Part shown: positions 9,901 to 17,557 of the stretch, piece by piece | Numbering within the stretch: the stretch's first letter is position 1 | Layout of the letters: each line of letters begins with the position of its first letter | Assembly: GCA_030612505.1 (NCBI GenBank) | Contig: JAUWNU010000002.1 | Location: 1-53,787, forward strand | Length of the DNA: 53,787 nt | Source of the DNA: Methanomassiliicoccales archaeon | Lineage (GTDB): Archaea > Thermoplasmatota > Thermoplasmata > SG8-5 | Direction: 5' to 3' | Notes under the pieces: generated by a model | What the model was told of the DNA's origin: nothing | Seen by the model: the letters and a program-made list of their open reading frames with translations, nothing else | Databases searched by the model: none | Position numbers and translations under genes: made by a program

Positions 9901-10579
9901 TAAGCCTTTGATTTTTCTTCTTACTTTTGAAATTCTTAGGCGAAATGGAAGGCTTAATGTAATTCACACTCTCGCGGATGAATATTTACCGAATTCTAAT
10001 GAGGTTTCTGAGGTCTTGAGTCTGTTAGAGGAAGAAGATGCACCCATATTTTTTAAAAAGGCAGACGAATTAATACCTGGCGAATATCCCGAAGAGAGGA
10101 TAACAATCTGGCAGAATAGAGACCCTTGCTCAAATGTCTATTTAATATGCTTCATTTCATTGAAATACTCTAGAGTTCAGAAACTCTTAGAAGAATTGCC
10201 CGTTGATTGTCTTGATATAATTTATCCACTGAGTTTAGATGGAAAAGATTCAGCAAAGAGCAAATTCGCAGAAGAAATAGCAAATACATTTGTTCATGAG
10301 ACGGGGAATATATGGGCTACAGGGTCTAACGATCATGTAGAAGCCTTTCAAAAATTGAAAGAGCTCTATACTAAATATGCGTTAGAAGCAGGAAATAATG
10401 TTGAAATTGGCCTTACAGGTGTAAAAATACACATGGTTGCTGCAGGGATGTTAGCGTCAATTGCAAACATTTCTGGGGTATATTACACACCAGCTAGTTT
10501 TGATCCCGAGAAGTATACCAAGGGCACAGGAAAGACTAATTTTACAACAATAGAAATAAATAAATATAATCCTTATTAA
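6923..10579 (+). CDS. 1218-aa multidomain protein: Zn ribbon, Ser/Thr protein-kinase-like domain, P-loop NTPase (STAND/ORC-like), wHTH-like region, C-terminal Rossmann-like domain
   Basis: CFLHP..CPECG ribbon. Kinase motifs GFYGVTY (Gly loop), FTMKV (Lys), HHNDLHSRN (catalytic loop) and IDLG (DFG-like). Walker A GMRGCGKT at 7943-7966 and Walker B ILFLLDD at 8441-8461. The C-terminal ~330 aa (from about 9620) alternates beta/alpha-like segments and has DVTSLTKP and LTGVKIH loops. There is an 8-nt overlap (ATGGATGA) with the upstream gene. Confidence 0.85.
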   Translation: MDEPNYSCFLHPRIRSQDHPDICPECGKSYTAPLDEPPKSIKGMNVIKSLDRGFYGVTYLVKNPITQGLFTMKVIPKKTYSKEEGYNKDFNQEIQNHKKASDKEMTVPKLIDAGECELEISDYTINCYFMQLEYIEGVSLEEFKNSGVISATRISQVAYDLFEFLWQLEKEMLHHNDLHSRNIVIKTDSVEFGRINALDKTIRTYVIDLGSVSDKNRSGCEHYRDITWIVQHVGDMIFTYLKRNDIPDKELRVLSRLNSLVQHCLGEEYIREITPEDYCNQIRDIVKQGENPWAQPKELVTPGDHYNAQTMPTYYASHLFCDPENKWFNNLIKPGPILLTGMRGCGKTILLKSVHFLARAQKCEGEDTEKFLKRLENEKHVAFFVSCSALLTDPKSKKLHFPNHKLILAFSLDFIRCVRFCELEKIGEINYKQLEHLCNTLKLLIPWFEKPSNINDTNAIERSIEKAILRARSIKDNEASELNVHKDFDRLASIIQSSIDIWNNKHILFLLDDVSDRYLRQDNVDEVLSQLCHQASRFSFKISTETPSLRLRTGGGEFSRLDRDYEEFDLGNEVMQELKHSNSTFVEDMLRKRLDITPQYKGLSPKYILDQQPLIEVARNLVTRSGKRRGSYWGINVLGTLSTGDIGDSILMFHRMLQKMTPTDNSVSREDQDSVIFDFSERKLRKLAIQDKWLYDHAIAFAQASQLELRKSYSPERGKQQRIRQYNEVFLKVDPEGADDIFDKINRLVEMGIFIYAGGTPRSKGPKQKASLYLKLAYRKILGVTNLMPISFMDRFEISGDNLISWLNNPTANKLRKTVGAKQIEMDKVTLKVIEETDWIEQDEKIIIEHKLVMDKSTQSRLLLYNKPEETASMIKCKLPFTIETETLRSLKKTDIKNKHIIGALGFEDRSIGTWKNILSIDKPSGVTFIGYKIKGFSDEICDLLEKESIPFDIVNYDDIFCFKENEIDKEKIKNFVKELPTNDIILDVTSLTKPLIFLLTFEILRRNGRLNVIHTLADEYLPNSNEVSEVLSLLEEEDAPIFFKKADELIPGEYPEERITIWQNRDPCSNVYLICFISLKYSRVQKLLEELPVDCLDIIYPLSLDGKDSAKSKFAEEIANTFVHETGNIWATGSNDHVEAFQKLKELYTKYALEAGNNVEIGLTGVKIHMVAAGMLASIANISGVYYTPASFDPEKYTKGTGKTNFTTIEINKYNPY

Positions 10580-10736
10580 TGTTACTTATGGGTTGCTGAA
10601 AATAAAGCATCAACCAAACTCCCTTGGCAAGTTGTTTTTCTCTGGGCCTGCGATTTGTTCAATTCTTAAACAAACAATTGTAATTATATAAAATAAATGA
10701 AAAGGGGTGGATGAAAGTGTTGTTAATTTAATGCTT

Positions 10737-11150
10737 TCAAGACTCCGACAACTCGATTATCAAATCGAAATCTTCTTTTTCAATTTCGAATAAGTATGCC
10801 TGCATTGACATTTTCATTGCTCGTTGCATATTATCGGAAAGACCATGGCATTCTTTCAATTCTCTGAGTTTAACTGAATTGTTTATTAACTTCACATCGT
10901 TGAGTTTAACTATCAATCGAGAGTCACCCATCTCCATCTTAGAAGCTACTGACGATTTTGCTACGAAAGATGATTGCCATTTTTTAGATGTCAATGAATA
11001 TGTCAAATAGTGCAATACTTTATCTCCTGGCCTAATATTTTTCAACATATTACGATATCTAAGGGTATTTGGGGCATGGAGACCTTTTTCACCTGATATT
11101 TTTGGCTCGATGGAGAAGTCTCCACTTGCAACTTCAATCCAATAGTTCAT
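10737..11150 (-). CDS. EVE/PUA-like domain protein (possible modified-base reader)
   Basis: Pattern MNYWIEV...RYRNMLKNIRPGDKVLHYLT...SVKLRELKE...LFEIEKEDFDLI resembles the EVE-domain consensus (xYWl...RN..a...m.pGD.vlfY...l..lk...l..it.eef..i). Recognised by eye only. Confidence 0.5.
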   Translation of the reverse strand: MNYWIEVASGDFSIEPKISGEKGLHAPNTLRYRNMLKNIRPGDKVLHYLTYSLTSKKWQSSFVAKSSVASKMEMGDSRLIVKLNDVKLINNSVKLRELKECHGLSDNMQRAMKMSMQAYLFEIEKEDFDLIIELSES

Positions 11151-11372
11151 GCTCTCTCTTCATGGTGTGCAATTATAATATCTTTTTGAGACTGAGTGAT
11201 AAAAGTTTTTTCCTGATTAATGTATCAACTCCTTTTTCCCTATAATTGCAGGCCTTCCCCCCCAACCCCCCGCTCAACCTACCTCCCCTAACGATTGAGG
11301 CATAATCGGAGGACTGGTGTTGAGGTTGAATTCCATATTTTACAACTATTGGTGTGTTCCCCCAATCTACCT

Positions 11373-11530
11373 GCCGATGGCGACCACCTCCCCGCGCTCA
11401 CGCACGGGGCATCCAAAGTTTGAAAGAAAAAATAAATAACTTGTCACCTCATCCAATTCTAAACAAATTGGATGGTACAACCCCGCCCTTACAGACGGGG
11501 CATGATTGGCTAGGCCAGTGTTAGGGTTGA
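11373..11530 (-). repeat. Structured intergenic repeat, copy A (composite: two GC-clamped hairpins plus central hairpin; minimal loops)
   Basis: The reverse complement reads ccaatcatg-CCCCGTCTGTaagGGCGGGG-ttgtac-CATCCAATTtgtttagAATTGGATG-aggtgaca-T-rich-CCCCGTGCgtgaGCGCGGGG-aggtggtcgccatcggc. The architecture matches copies C, E and F. Confidence 0.8.
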
Positions 11531-11690
11531 TGGGTGGTGGGTGAAAGTGTAACTATTTCAGGCCACATTCAGTAATTGATAATGATTCCAGAAATGCCCT
11601 CTAACATTGATTTGAACATTGACGATAATAGGTTGGCTGGCATGGTTGAGTTGGTGGCTAATCAGAAGCAATTCGGCCAATCCTAGCGGA

Positions 11691-11810
11691 CTAACAACTT
11701 ACATCTGAACTGCCGCAACTTGCGCAATCTTGAACAGCTTGTCCATGATGTTTTGTACCTTTCCATCTATTCCCACATTTATTACATGTGTATGTAGTAC
11801 TTCTTGGAAT
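11691..11810 (-). CDS. Possible 39-aa zinc-ribbon protein (FmdB/CxxC_CxxC-like) with a non-canonical ATT start
   Basis: The minus strand reads GAGGTGAaaaaATT CCA AGA..., giving (M/I)PRSTTYTCNKCGNRWKGTKHHGQAVQDCASCGSSDVSC*. It has two CxxC pairs and an MP..Y.Y.C-type start, with a GGTGA RBS 4 nt upstream. No ATG/GTG/TTG is available in this frame. Confidence 0.3.
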   Translation of the reverse strand: MPRSTTYTCNKCGNRWKGTKHHGQAVQDCASCGSSDVSC

Positions 11811-11987
11811 TTTTTCACCTCAAAGAACAATACTAATTTTTAATTTAAACATTTCTAGTAATTTTTACCATGCTAATAAACAATACGCTTTATGTCAAAT
11901 AATATGTGTAGCACCCTCTTTGCAACACTCTGGATTCATGCAACACTTCCAAGTCAAACACCCGAATACGCAAAAGAACCGCCTATT

Positions 11988-14900
11988 CTAGGACACCTCA
12001 AACCACACCGTATTCCAATTTGTACCAACAATGCCCACTTCAACTCTGACATAATACCAGCCAGTGGTTGAAATATATGAATAAACACTTTCAGTAGCCC
12101 CAACACTTTCGGAAGAGTCTATCTCTGTTTGACTAGGATTATAGAGGTATAAATCAGGGTCTCCTGCAGCATTTCCTGTCATGTTCGCCCAGAAATATTC
12201 TCCTGCAAACAGAATTATTTGATAATAATCTCTTGAATCAAGGAACGCAGTAATATCCTCAGACCAAGCTTCACCCGGGTTCACTGTTCTTGCTGAAGCG
12301 AAGCCACCACCTGTGTCTGATGTGGCATATGTTCTACTATATACTTCATTTGAATTCGCATATTGACCTCCAGTCTCATTTACTCGAACGATAAAATGAT
12401 ATTGTGTTTGTGGAGTAAGACCACTAATTGTTACGGCTGTGCTTGTTAGAACTGTTAGTTTTCCAATATATGTCGCAGGGCCAGGAGTGAATCCAGAACT
12501 TGTGGACAGGTATATATCGTATGAAGCAAAATCACTGTTTCCATTGTCATATTGAGACCAAGAAATATCAATTTTATCTCCCGCAGAGGTTGGATTATAT
12601 GGTCGATTTAACACGACTGGTGTGGGGTCATTATTTACTAGGATCCATGTATCATTACTTCCAGGCGCTAGTTCATAATTTGAATATGAGTCTATAGCTC
12701 TTGAATAAAACTCATAATACCCCTCTCCACCTGTGGATGCAGAGTTAAAACTCCAAGCCCAAGGTGCTGATGTATCATCTCCATATTTCTGCCATGCCGC
12801 AGAATCCTTACTATACCACAATTCAACGGCATCAATTACAGAAGCGTCGCTGGCAGTGGCCGTTACTGTAAAGGTGATTAAACTCGTTGTGCTGGAAAGA
12901 GAATCAACCGAAGAAAGAGGGTCTGTAAAATCACCAGTCGTAAATTCTACATACCTATCTCCTGCAAGGCTGTTTCCTGCAAGATCCTCAAAGCCAGCAC
13001 CATCTAAATCCGCATAGTAGTTTGTTAATTCATTAAGTGCATTATATGTGCCCCTAAGTTCTTGATTACCGTTCCATGCCCAAATAACCCCAGGTAAATT
13101 TGAGACGGGTGTTCCTTGCTCTAGCATAGGCTCACTAAAATCTATTCTATAATAATCTGCAAACAGTGGAAATCCAGTTGTTTCATCAACTGGGCTAGTA
13201 ATTGGAATCCATGGCAATCCTATATCTGCTATATATGGGCCAGATTCTATGTCTGCAAGAGTGGATGGGATAGGTTCATTTGGTGTTCCCATAGCCCTAG
13301 CATTCCAATAATATGTTCCAGAAATAGGTAATGGACTATCTGGTGTCCAAGGTTCGTCCCATGGATTTGGAGGGAAAGATGAATAAGTCTCTTCTCCCCA
13401 TTTTGTCCAGGAAGTTCCACCATCATCAGACCAGTAAAACCACACCTCGTTCGTGTTAAAATGAGTATATTCTATCTCGGGCAAAGGATCATTGGTCAAT
13501 GTTGTATTTGGGCCAAGTACTTCTGCATATGGCGATACGCTCACTACGTATGGGCCAGCTTCAATGAAACTGGCATCAGTTGGTACTGGTTCATGATTGA
13601 CGTATCCCATTGCTCTTGCGTTCCAATAGTATGTTCCTGAAGATGGTAAATCAGACGAAGGAGTCCATGGATTATCCCAACCGTTCCAGCCCCAGTCATC
13701 TCCCCAATAAGTCCAAGTTGTCCCTCCATTATTCGAATAATAGAATTCAATACTAACTGGCCCCTTACTATATTCATAAGAAAGTTCTGGTCTTGCATCT
13801 AATGTACCATTTGAAACAGGTCCAGTAACATTAGCAATTGGTGCTACACTTATGCGTACTGATATGAAATGTTCTAAAGAATATCCTTTGAAGTCATGGA
13901 CTCTTATGGTTATATTGTAATCCCCATTTCCTTTTAAACTAATATAATCTTGAACAAGCCACCACCACCATGTGTTCTCAGAATCCCAAATACCATTCGA
14001 TAAGATTGGCGCAGGAATTGGGATATCCCAACCAAGACTTAGGATGTCAAATATATTCGTTCCATCTTTTTCAATAGTAATCTCTGCCCATAATGCCATA
14101 TCTGGATTATCTTGACAATCTATTCGAATATTAAAATCGTCAATGTTCACTGTGGCATTTGGCACTGGTTCAAGTACAGAAATTATTGTAGGCGTATTTT
14201 GAATATCGTTAATTTCAAAGGCTAAGATGAAGCCAGGCGGTATCAAACCAGAATCTAGCACACCATCAAGGAAATCTGTTAATGGGTCAGTTACATTAGA
14301 CATTCCTGAAATTTCGTCGGTTAGCCCATTCATTGTTTCAGCAGACGAGAAATCTGATTGATTTTTAAGAAATCCATTAACATTATCAATACTTACAGCA
14401 AAGTCTATGTACATGCCTCTAACTTGTGTTACATTAAAAGAGTAATATGTTGGCCCTTGGCCTGTAGCAAGATAGAATATTGGTATCTGGTAGATGTCAG
14501 TAATACTATTGAATTGAAGCCCATCATATACACAGAAGTCAAGAGGGAAGGCTTGAATTGCAGTAGTTATCACATTAGTTAATGGTTCTCCTGGCGGAAC
14601 ATTTTCCGCTATTGTTTTCAGAGTAGTACCAAAGGTTATAGCATCCAAATTAACATATGCCCAGCCTTGAGAATTCAAATCAACATTACCGTCCTTGAGG
14701 TCTTTGATTGTCACATTCTGGATATCACCAGTAACCTCGGAATATTCATCGACTACCATAATTGGAATATGGGCAAGATCCGCTGAACAAGAGAAGTAAG
14801 TCGCAGGATCATACAAAACGCCTTTAAGGTTCAAATATCTGAATCCAGAAGCCATTCTATCATAGTCTGGAATAATAGCTATTGTGGCATAGTTCCAGGC

Positions 14901-16319
14901 TGGGGTGCCATCATTGTTAAGAACTTCGGGCAAGGCTTCATCGAGTAATAATACAAATGCAGGGTTCTTAAATGTGGTAAGCGTCCTCAAGGCATCTACT
15001 GTGGTTTCGGGAATAGAGAATGCTTCCCCCAGGCTTTGTATCAATGTATCTAAGTCAATTACAATCCCATAACCCTCTACTTCGGTGCTTTCTACAAGAG
15101 TGTTTGTATGAACTGCCTCAACAGAATCCCAGACCTCAGTAACAGAACGAATATTGTAAGATGCAGGAGTAACATCCAGAATAATTCCTACATTAATTTC
15201 AAATGAGAAACTCAATCCTAAATCAAACGAATTTCCCAACAGTCCAGTAACCTTATTTGTCAAGTTGGATAAATCGGATTTGGAAACCTCGATATTACAG
15301 ATTCCAGGGAAGGAAGAAAACTCATCAACTGAATAGAGCAAGAACCATAGTTTGGTGTTATCAAGTGTATTATCTGCCTCTGCAACTATAGCAATGCCCT
15401 CTCCAATTTCACCAACAACATCCTTTACCCATTCTGCCCCGTCTGAGCAAAAAGCAGATGCTAAACAATCAATATCAGTAGGCGTGATGGTATCAATAAC
15501 ATCCCCGGAGATTGATTGTGGATTATTGTAGGATAAATTATTTACAATAATAAACTTAGAAGCCAATCCACTGAAAACAAAGCTAAAATTCTGAGCTAAA
15601 TCTGCAATCTTACCAAGGTCAATGTCACCAAACACGGATGAAGCATATGTTTCTGCCATGGCAATAAGCGCACTTTCATCAAACACTGTGCCTTCCACAC
15701 TTACACTGTTGAAAAATGTAGGATATGATTCATGTGGAGCCACCCAGATGTAATCATCTGTTCCAGTTGTCCCAATCCCAAAGGTATAGTTTCCATATAC
15801 CAAACTAAGTGAGGTAAATGACACCTCTATATTTGTAAATAATGAGTTGATAATCGAATCTAATTCATTGACATCAACATCATCAATATCTGCAGACACT
15901 ACTTCATCCAGAACAAAAGAACTTCCTGAGGATGAAATGTTGAATTTACCTCCTGTAATTTCTGAAAATGAAGCGGATGTTGAAATCTCAAAGGTTTGCA
16001 TCTGGTCAGCCGTTTGATTTTCCAAATACCCAACAAAATAATATGAATTACTTCTGGTGCCAGAATCAATATATTCAGATGGAACTATTGCACCAATATA
16101 GCTGGGATTGTTGTTAACATCGTCATTACCCCCCCAATCTGGTGAAGAGATTAACATAAGACTGCCCCCTAAAGCTGCAAGAAGAATGATGATGACAATA
16201 ATAGCTGCAATAAACTTCTTCTTTTTTTCAGAATCTTCCTTCTTGCTGGAATGTTTTAACTCAGATACTGGCTCTTCCTCAACCGCTTCCACAGGAGTTT
16301 CTACTAAATTTTCTTCCAC
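11988..16319 (-). CDS. Giant N-terminally anchored surface protein with Asp-box (BNR) repeats, FN3-like and PPC-like C-terminal domains
   Basis: N-terminal TM segment FIAAIIVIIILLAALGGSLMLI. Tandem ~100-aa repeats contain YSNNGGTTWTYW / WSDDGGTSWTKW (SxDxGxTW) and GTYYWNARAMG. FN3-like segment YDIYLSTSSGFTPG...LTPQTQYHFIVRV. PPC-like tail DSRDYYQI...DPDLYLYNP...GWYYVRVE. Confidence 0.85.
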   Translation of the reverse strand: MEENLVETPVEAVEEEPVSELKHSSKKEDSEKKKKFIAAIIVIIILLAALGGSLMLISSPDWGGNDDVNNNPSYIGAIVPSEYIDSGTRSNSYYFVGYLENQTADQMQTFEISTSASFSEITGGKFNISSSGSSFVLDEVVSADIDDVDVNELDSIINSLFTNIEVSFTSLSLVYGNYTFGIGTTGTDDYIWVAPHESYPTFFNSVSVEGTVFDESALIAMAETYASSVFGDIDLGKIADLAQNFSFVFSGLASKFIIVNNLSYNNPQSISGDVIDTITPTDIDCLASAFCSDGAEWVKDVVGEIGEGIAIVAEADNTLDNTKLWFLLYSVDEFSSFPGICNIEVSKSDLSNLTNKVTGLLGNSFDLGLSFSFEINVGIILDVTPASYNIRSVTEVWDSVEAVHTNTLVESTEVEGYGIVIDLDTLIQSLGEAFSIPETTVDALRTLTTFKNPAFVLLLDEALPEVLNNDGTPAWNYATIAIIPDYDRMASGFRYLNLKGVLYDPATYFSCSADLAHIPIMVVDEYSEVTGDIQNVTIKDLKDGNVDLNSQGWAYVNLDAITFGTTLKTIAENVPPGEPLTNVITTAIQAFPLDFCVYDGLQFNSITDIYQIPIFYLATGQGPTYYSFNVTQVRGMYIDFAVSIDNVNGFLKNQSDFSSAETMNGLTDEISGMSNVTDPLTDFLDGVLDSGLIPPGFILAFEINDIQNTPTIISVLEPVPNATVNIDDFNIRIDCQDNPDMALWAEITIEKDGTNIFDILSLGWDIPIPAPILSNGIWDSENTWWWWLVQDYISLKGNGDYNITIRVHDFKGYSLEHFISVRISVAPIANVTGPVSNGTLDARPELSYEYSKGPVSIEFYYSNNGGTTWTYWGDDWGWNGWDNPWTPSSDLPSSGTYYWNARAMGYVNHEPVPTDASFIEAGPYVVSVSPYAEVLGPNTTLTNDPLPEIEYTHFNTNEVWFYWSDDGGTSWTKWGEETYSSFPPNPWDEPWTPDSPLPISGTYYWNARAMGTPNEPIPSTLADIESGPYIADIGLPWIPITSPVDETTGFPLFADYYRIDFSEPMLEQGTPVSNLPGVIWAWNGNQELRGTYNALNELTNYYADLDGAGFEDLAGNSLAGDRYVEFTTGDFTDPLSSVDSLSSTTSLITFTVTATASDASVIDAVELWYSKDSAAWQKYGDDTSAPWAWSFNSASTGGEGYYEFYSRAIDSYSNYELAPGSNDTWILVNNDPTPVVLNRPYNPTSAGDKIDISWSQYDNGNSDFASYDIYLSTSSGFTPGPATYIGKLTVLTSTAVTISGLTPQTQYHFIVRVNETGGQYANSNEVYSRTYATSDTGGGFASARTVNPGEAWSEDITAFLDSRDYYQIILFAGEYFWANMTGNAAGDPDLYLYNPSQTEIDSSESVGATESVYSYISTTGWYYVRVEVGIVGTNWNTVWFEVS

Positions 16320-16404
16320 TCTTCCACCTAACTACCTATATGATTTGTTTCTCTTTTTAATCTATCTAATACTTTTTATCACCACCCCCCTGGCTGAACT
16401 CCTC

Positions 16405-16555
16405 CAGGGGCCTTCCCCCGCTCTACATGCCGGTTGCGACCACCTCCTCGCCCTCCACAGCTGAAATCCTTCGGCTTTCAGCCTACTTCACACGAAGCAT
16501 CGTGTTCACAGACGGGGCATGATTGGCTGGGCCGGTGTTGGTTGCGCCTATCGCC
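16405..16555 (-). repeat. Structured intergenic repeat, copy B (single unit with 72-nt three-way-junction insert at 16446-16517)
   Basis: The reverse complement reads ccaatcatg-CCCCGTCTGTGA-ACACGAtgctTCGTGT-gaagtagg-CTGAAAgCCgaaGGaTTTCAG-ctgtgga-GGGCGAGG-aggtggtcgcaaccggcatg. Confidence 0.8.
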
Positions 16556-16577
16556 TATACGCTATTTGAGATTCGAT

Positions 16578-16994
16578 TTATATCTTAATCATGCCTTTTT
16601 CTTTGAGATAATTCCCTGGGCCAGATACACTAAAGGCTATAGCTAGCATGTCTTCAAGAGGTTCCTGTATTGATTCCTCTGATTCTAATCTAGAAATAAG
16701 GAGTTTTAATGAATCACCTAGTTTATTGAATATGTTTTCATCAAAATCCATTGTTTGGTCACCCGCTTTTAACCTCTGAATTCTTTCATTTAGTGTTTGA
16801 TGACAGGCTTGTAATACAAAATCTGCCAACAAGACATCTTTTGAAAATGAATAACGATAAGTTCTGCTGGTTATTCCATATGCTGCGGTGAAGTAATACA
16901 ATTTCTTTTCAACATTGGGCTCTTTCCTCATCATTCTCTCCACTGTTTTAAGTTCATTGACAAGCTCTTTTCTAAAGAATTTAGTTTGCGACAT
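16578..16994 (-). CDS. Hypothetical helical protein, coupled to the upstream wHTH gene
   Basis: 138-aa ORF that overlaps the 3' end of 16981..17490 by 14 nt. No recognisable motifs. Confidence 0.55.
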   Translation of the reverse strand: MSQTKFFRKELVNELKTVERMMRKEPNVEKKLYYFTAAYGITSRTYRYSFSKDVLLADFVLQACHQTLNERIQRLKAGDQTMDFDENIFNKLGDSLKLLISRLESEESIQEPLEDMLAIAFSVSGPGNYLKEKGMIKI

Positions 16995-17490
16995 ACATAT
17001 CCTCTCCTAGGCCTATTGGCCATGTTACTCCAAATGCGGGGGCTTTTTTTGGTTCACTATTTCCACACCATTGAAGAATTCCTAAATCTGATACCTCGGG
17101 TGAAAATTCAGGCATTTCTGGCTTTGCTTCTACAGATGTTGTGGCTGCGGATGGCTTGGGTGCATGTTGTTTCCAATAGTCATGAATTTCATGTAGTGTT
17201 TCTTCTCCCAAAATGTGCTCAATGATGGTATTGTTGAAATTCTCAATTGCAATGACAAAAGGAGAATCTGGATTGATTTGATAATAATCATTTCCTCCTC
17301 GTCTTTGGGAAACTTCCATGATTCCCCACTCAACAAATTTCTTAATCACATTGTTTGCTGTTGGTCTTGATACCTCTGCTTCCTCTGCAAGTTCTGAGAT
17401 ATTGAAATCCATGTCCTTTAATGGTAACAAGAATTCCAAAATCTTTAATTCACAATTGCCCCCGAGTATTCCTTCAAATGGCCCTGCCAA
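16981..17490 (-). CDS. Winged-helix (MarR/ArsR-like) DNA-binding protein
   Basis: ISELAEEAEVSRPTANNVIKKFVEWGIMEV...YYQIN fits an HTH plus wing pattern. The C-terminal half is unknown. Confidence 0.65.
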   Translation of the reverse strand: MAGPFEGILGGNCELKILEFLLPLKDMDFNISELAEEAEVSRPTANNVIKKFVEWGIMEVSQRRGGNDYYQINPDSPFVIAIENFNNTIIEHILGEETLHEIHDYWKQHAPKPSAATTSVEAKPEMPEFSPEVSDLGILQWCGNSEPKKAPAFGVTWPIGLGEDMYVAN

Positions 17491-17557
17491 GTTATCACCA
17501 ACTTCTCATATAGTGTTGTGGTATATAAATATTTTTACCCTGTGTGTAAAATTGATT

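Noticed and set aside
16434-16646. Track ORFs whose peptides look conserved (…RPPQLKSFGFQPTSHE.SCSQTGHDW…): 16434..16646 (+), 20975..21229 (-), 34072..34284 (-), 34094..34351 (-), and the 5' part of 22805..23197
   Set aside because: They are translations of the structured repeat copies. Differences between copies are compensatory in hairpin stems rather than synonymous. The 'genes' lack starts with RBS or TATA context. Copies A and D lack the insert altogether, which destroys the frame.
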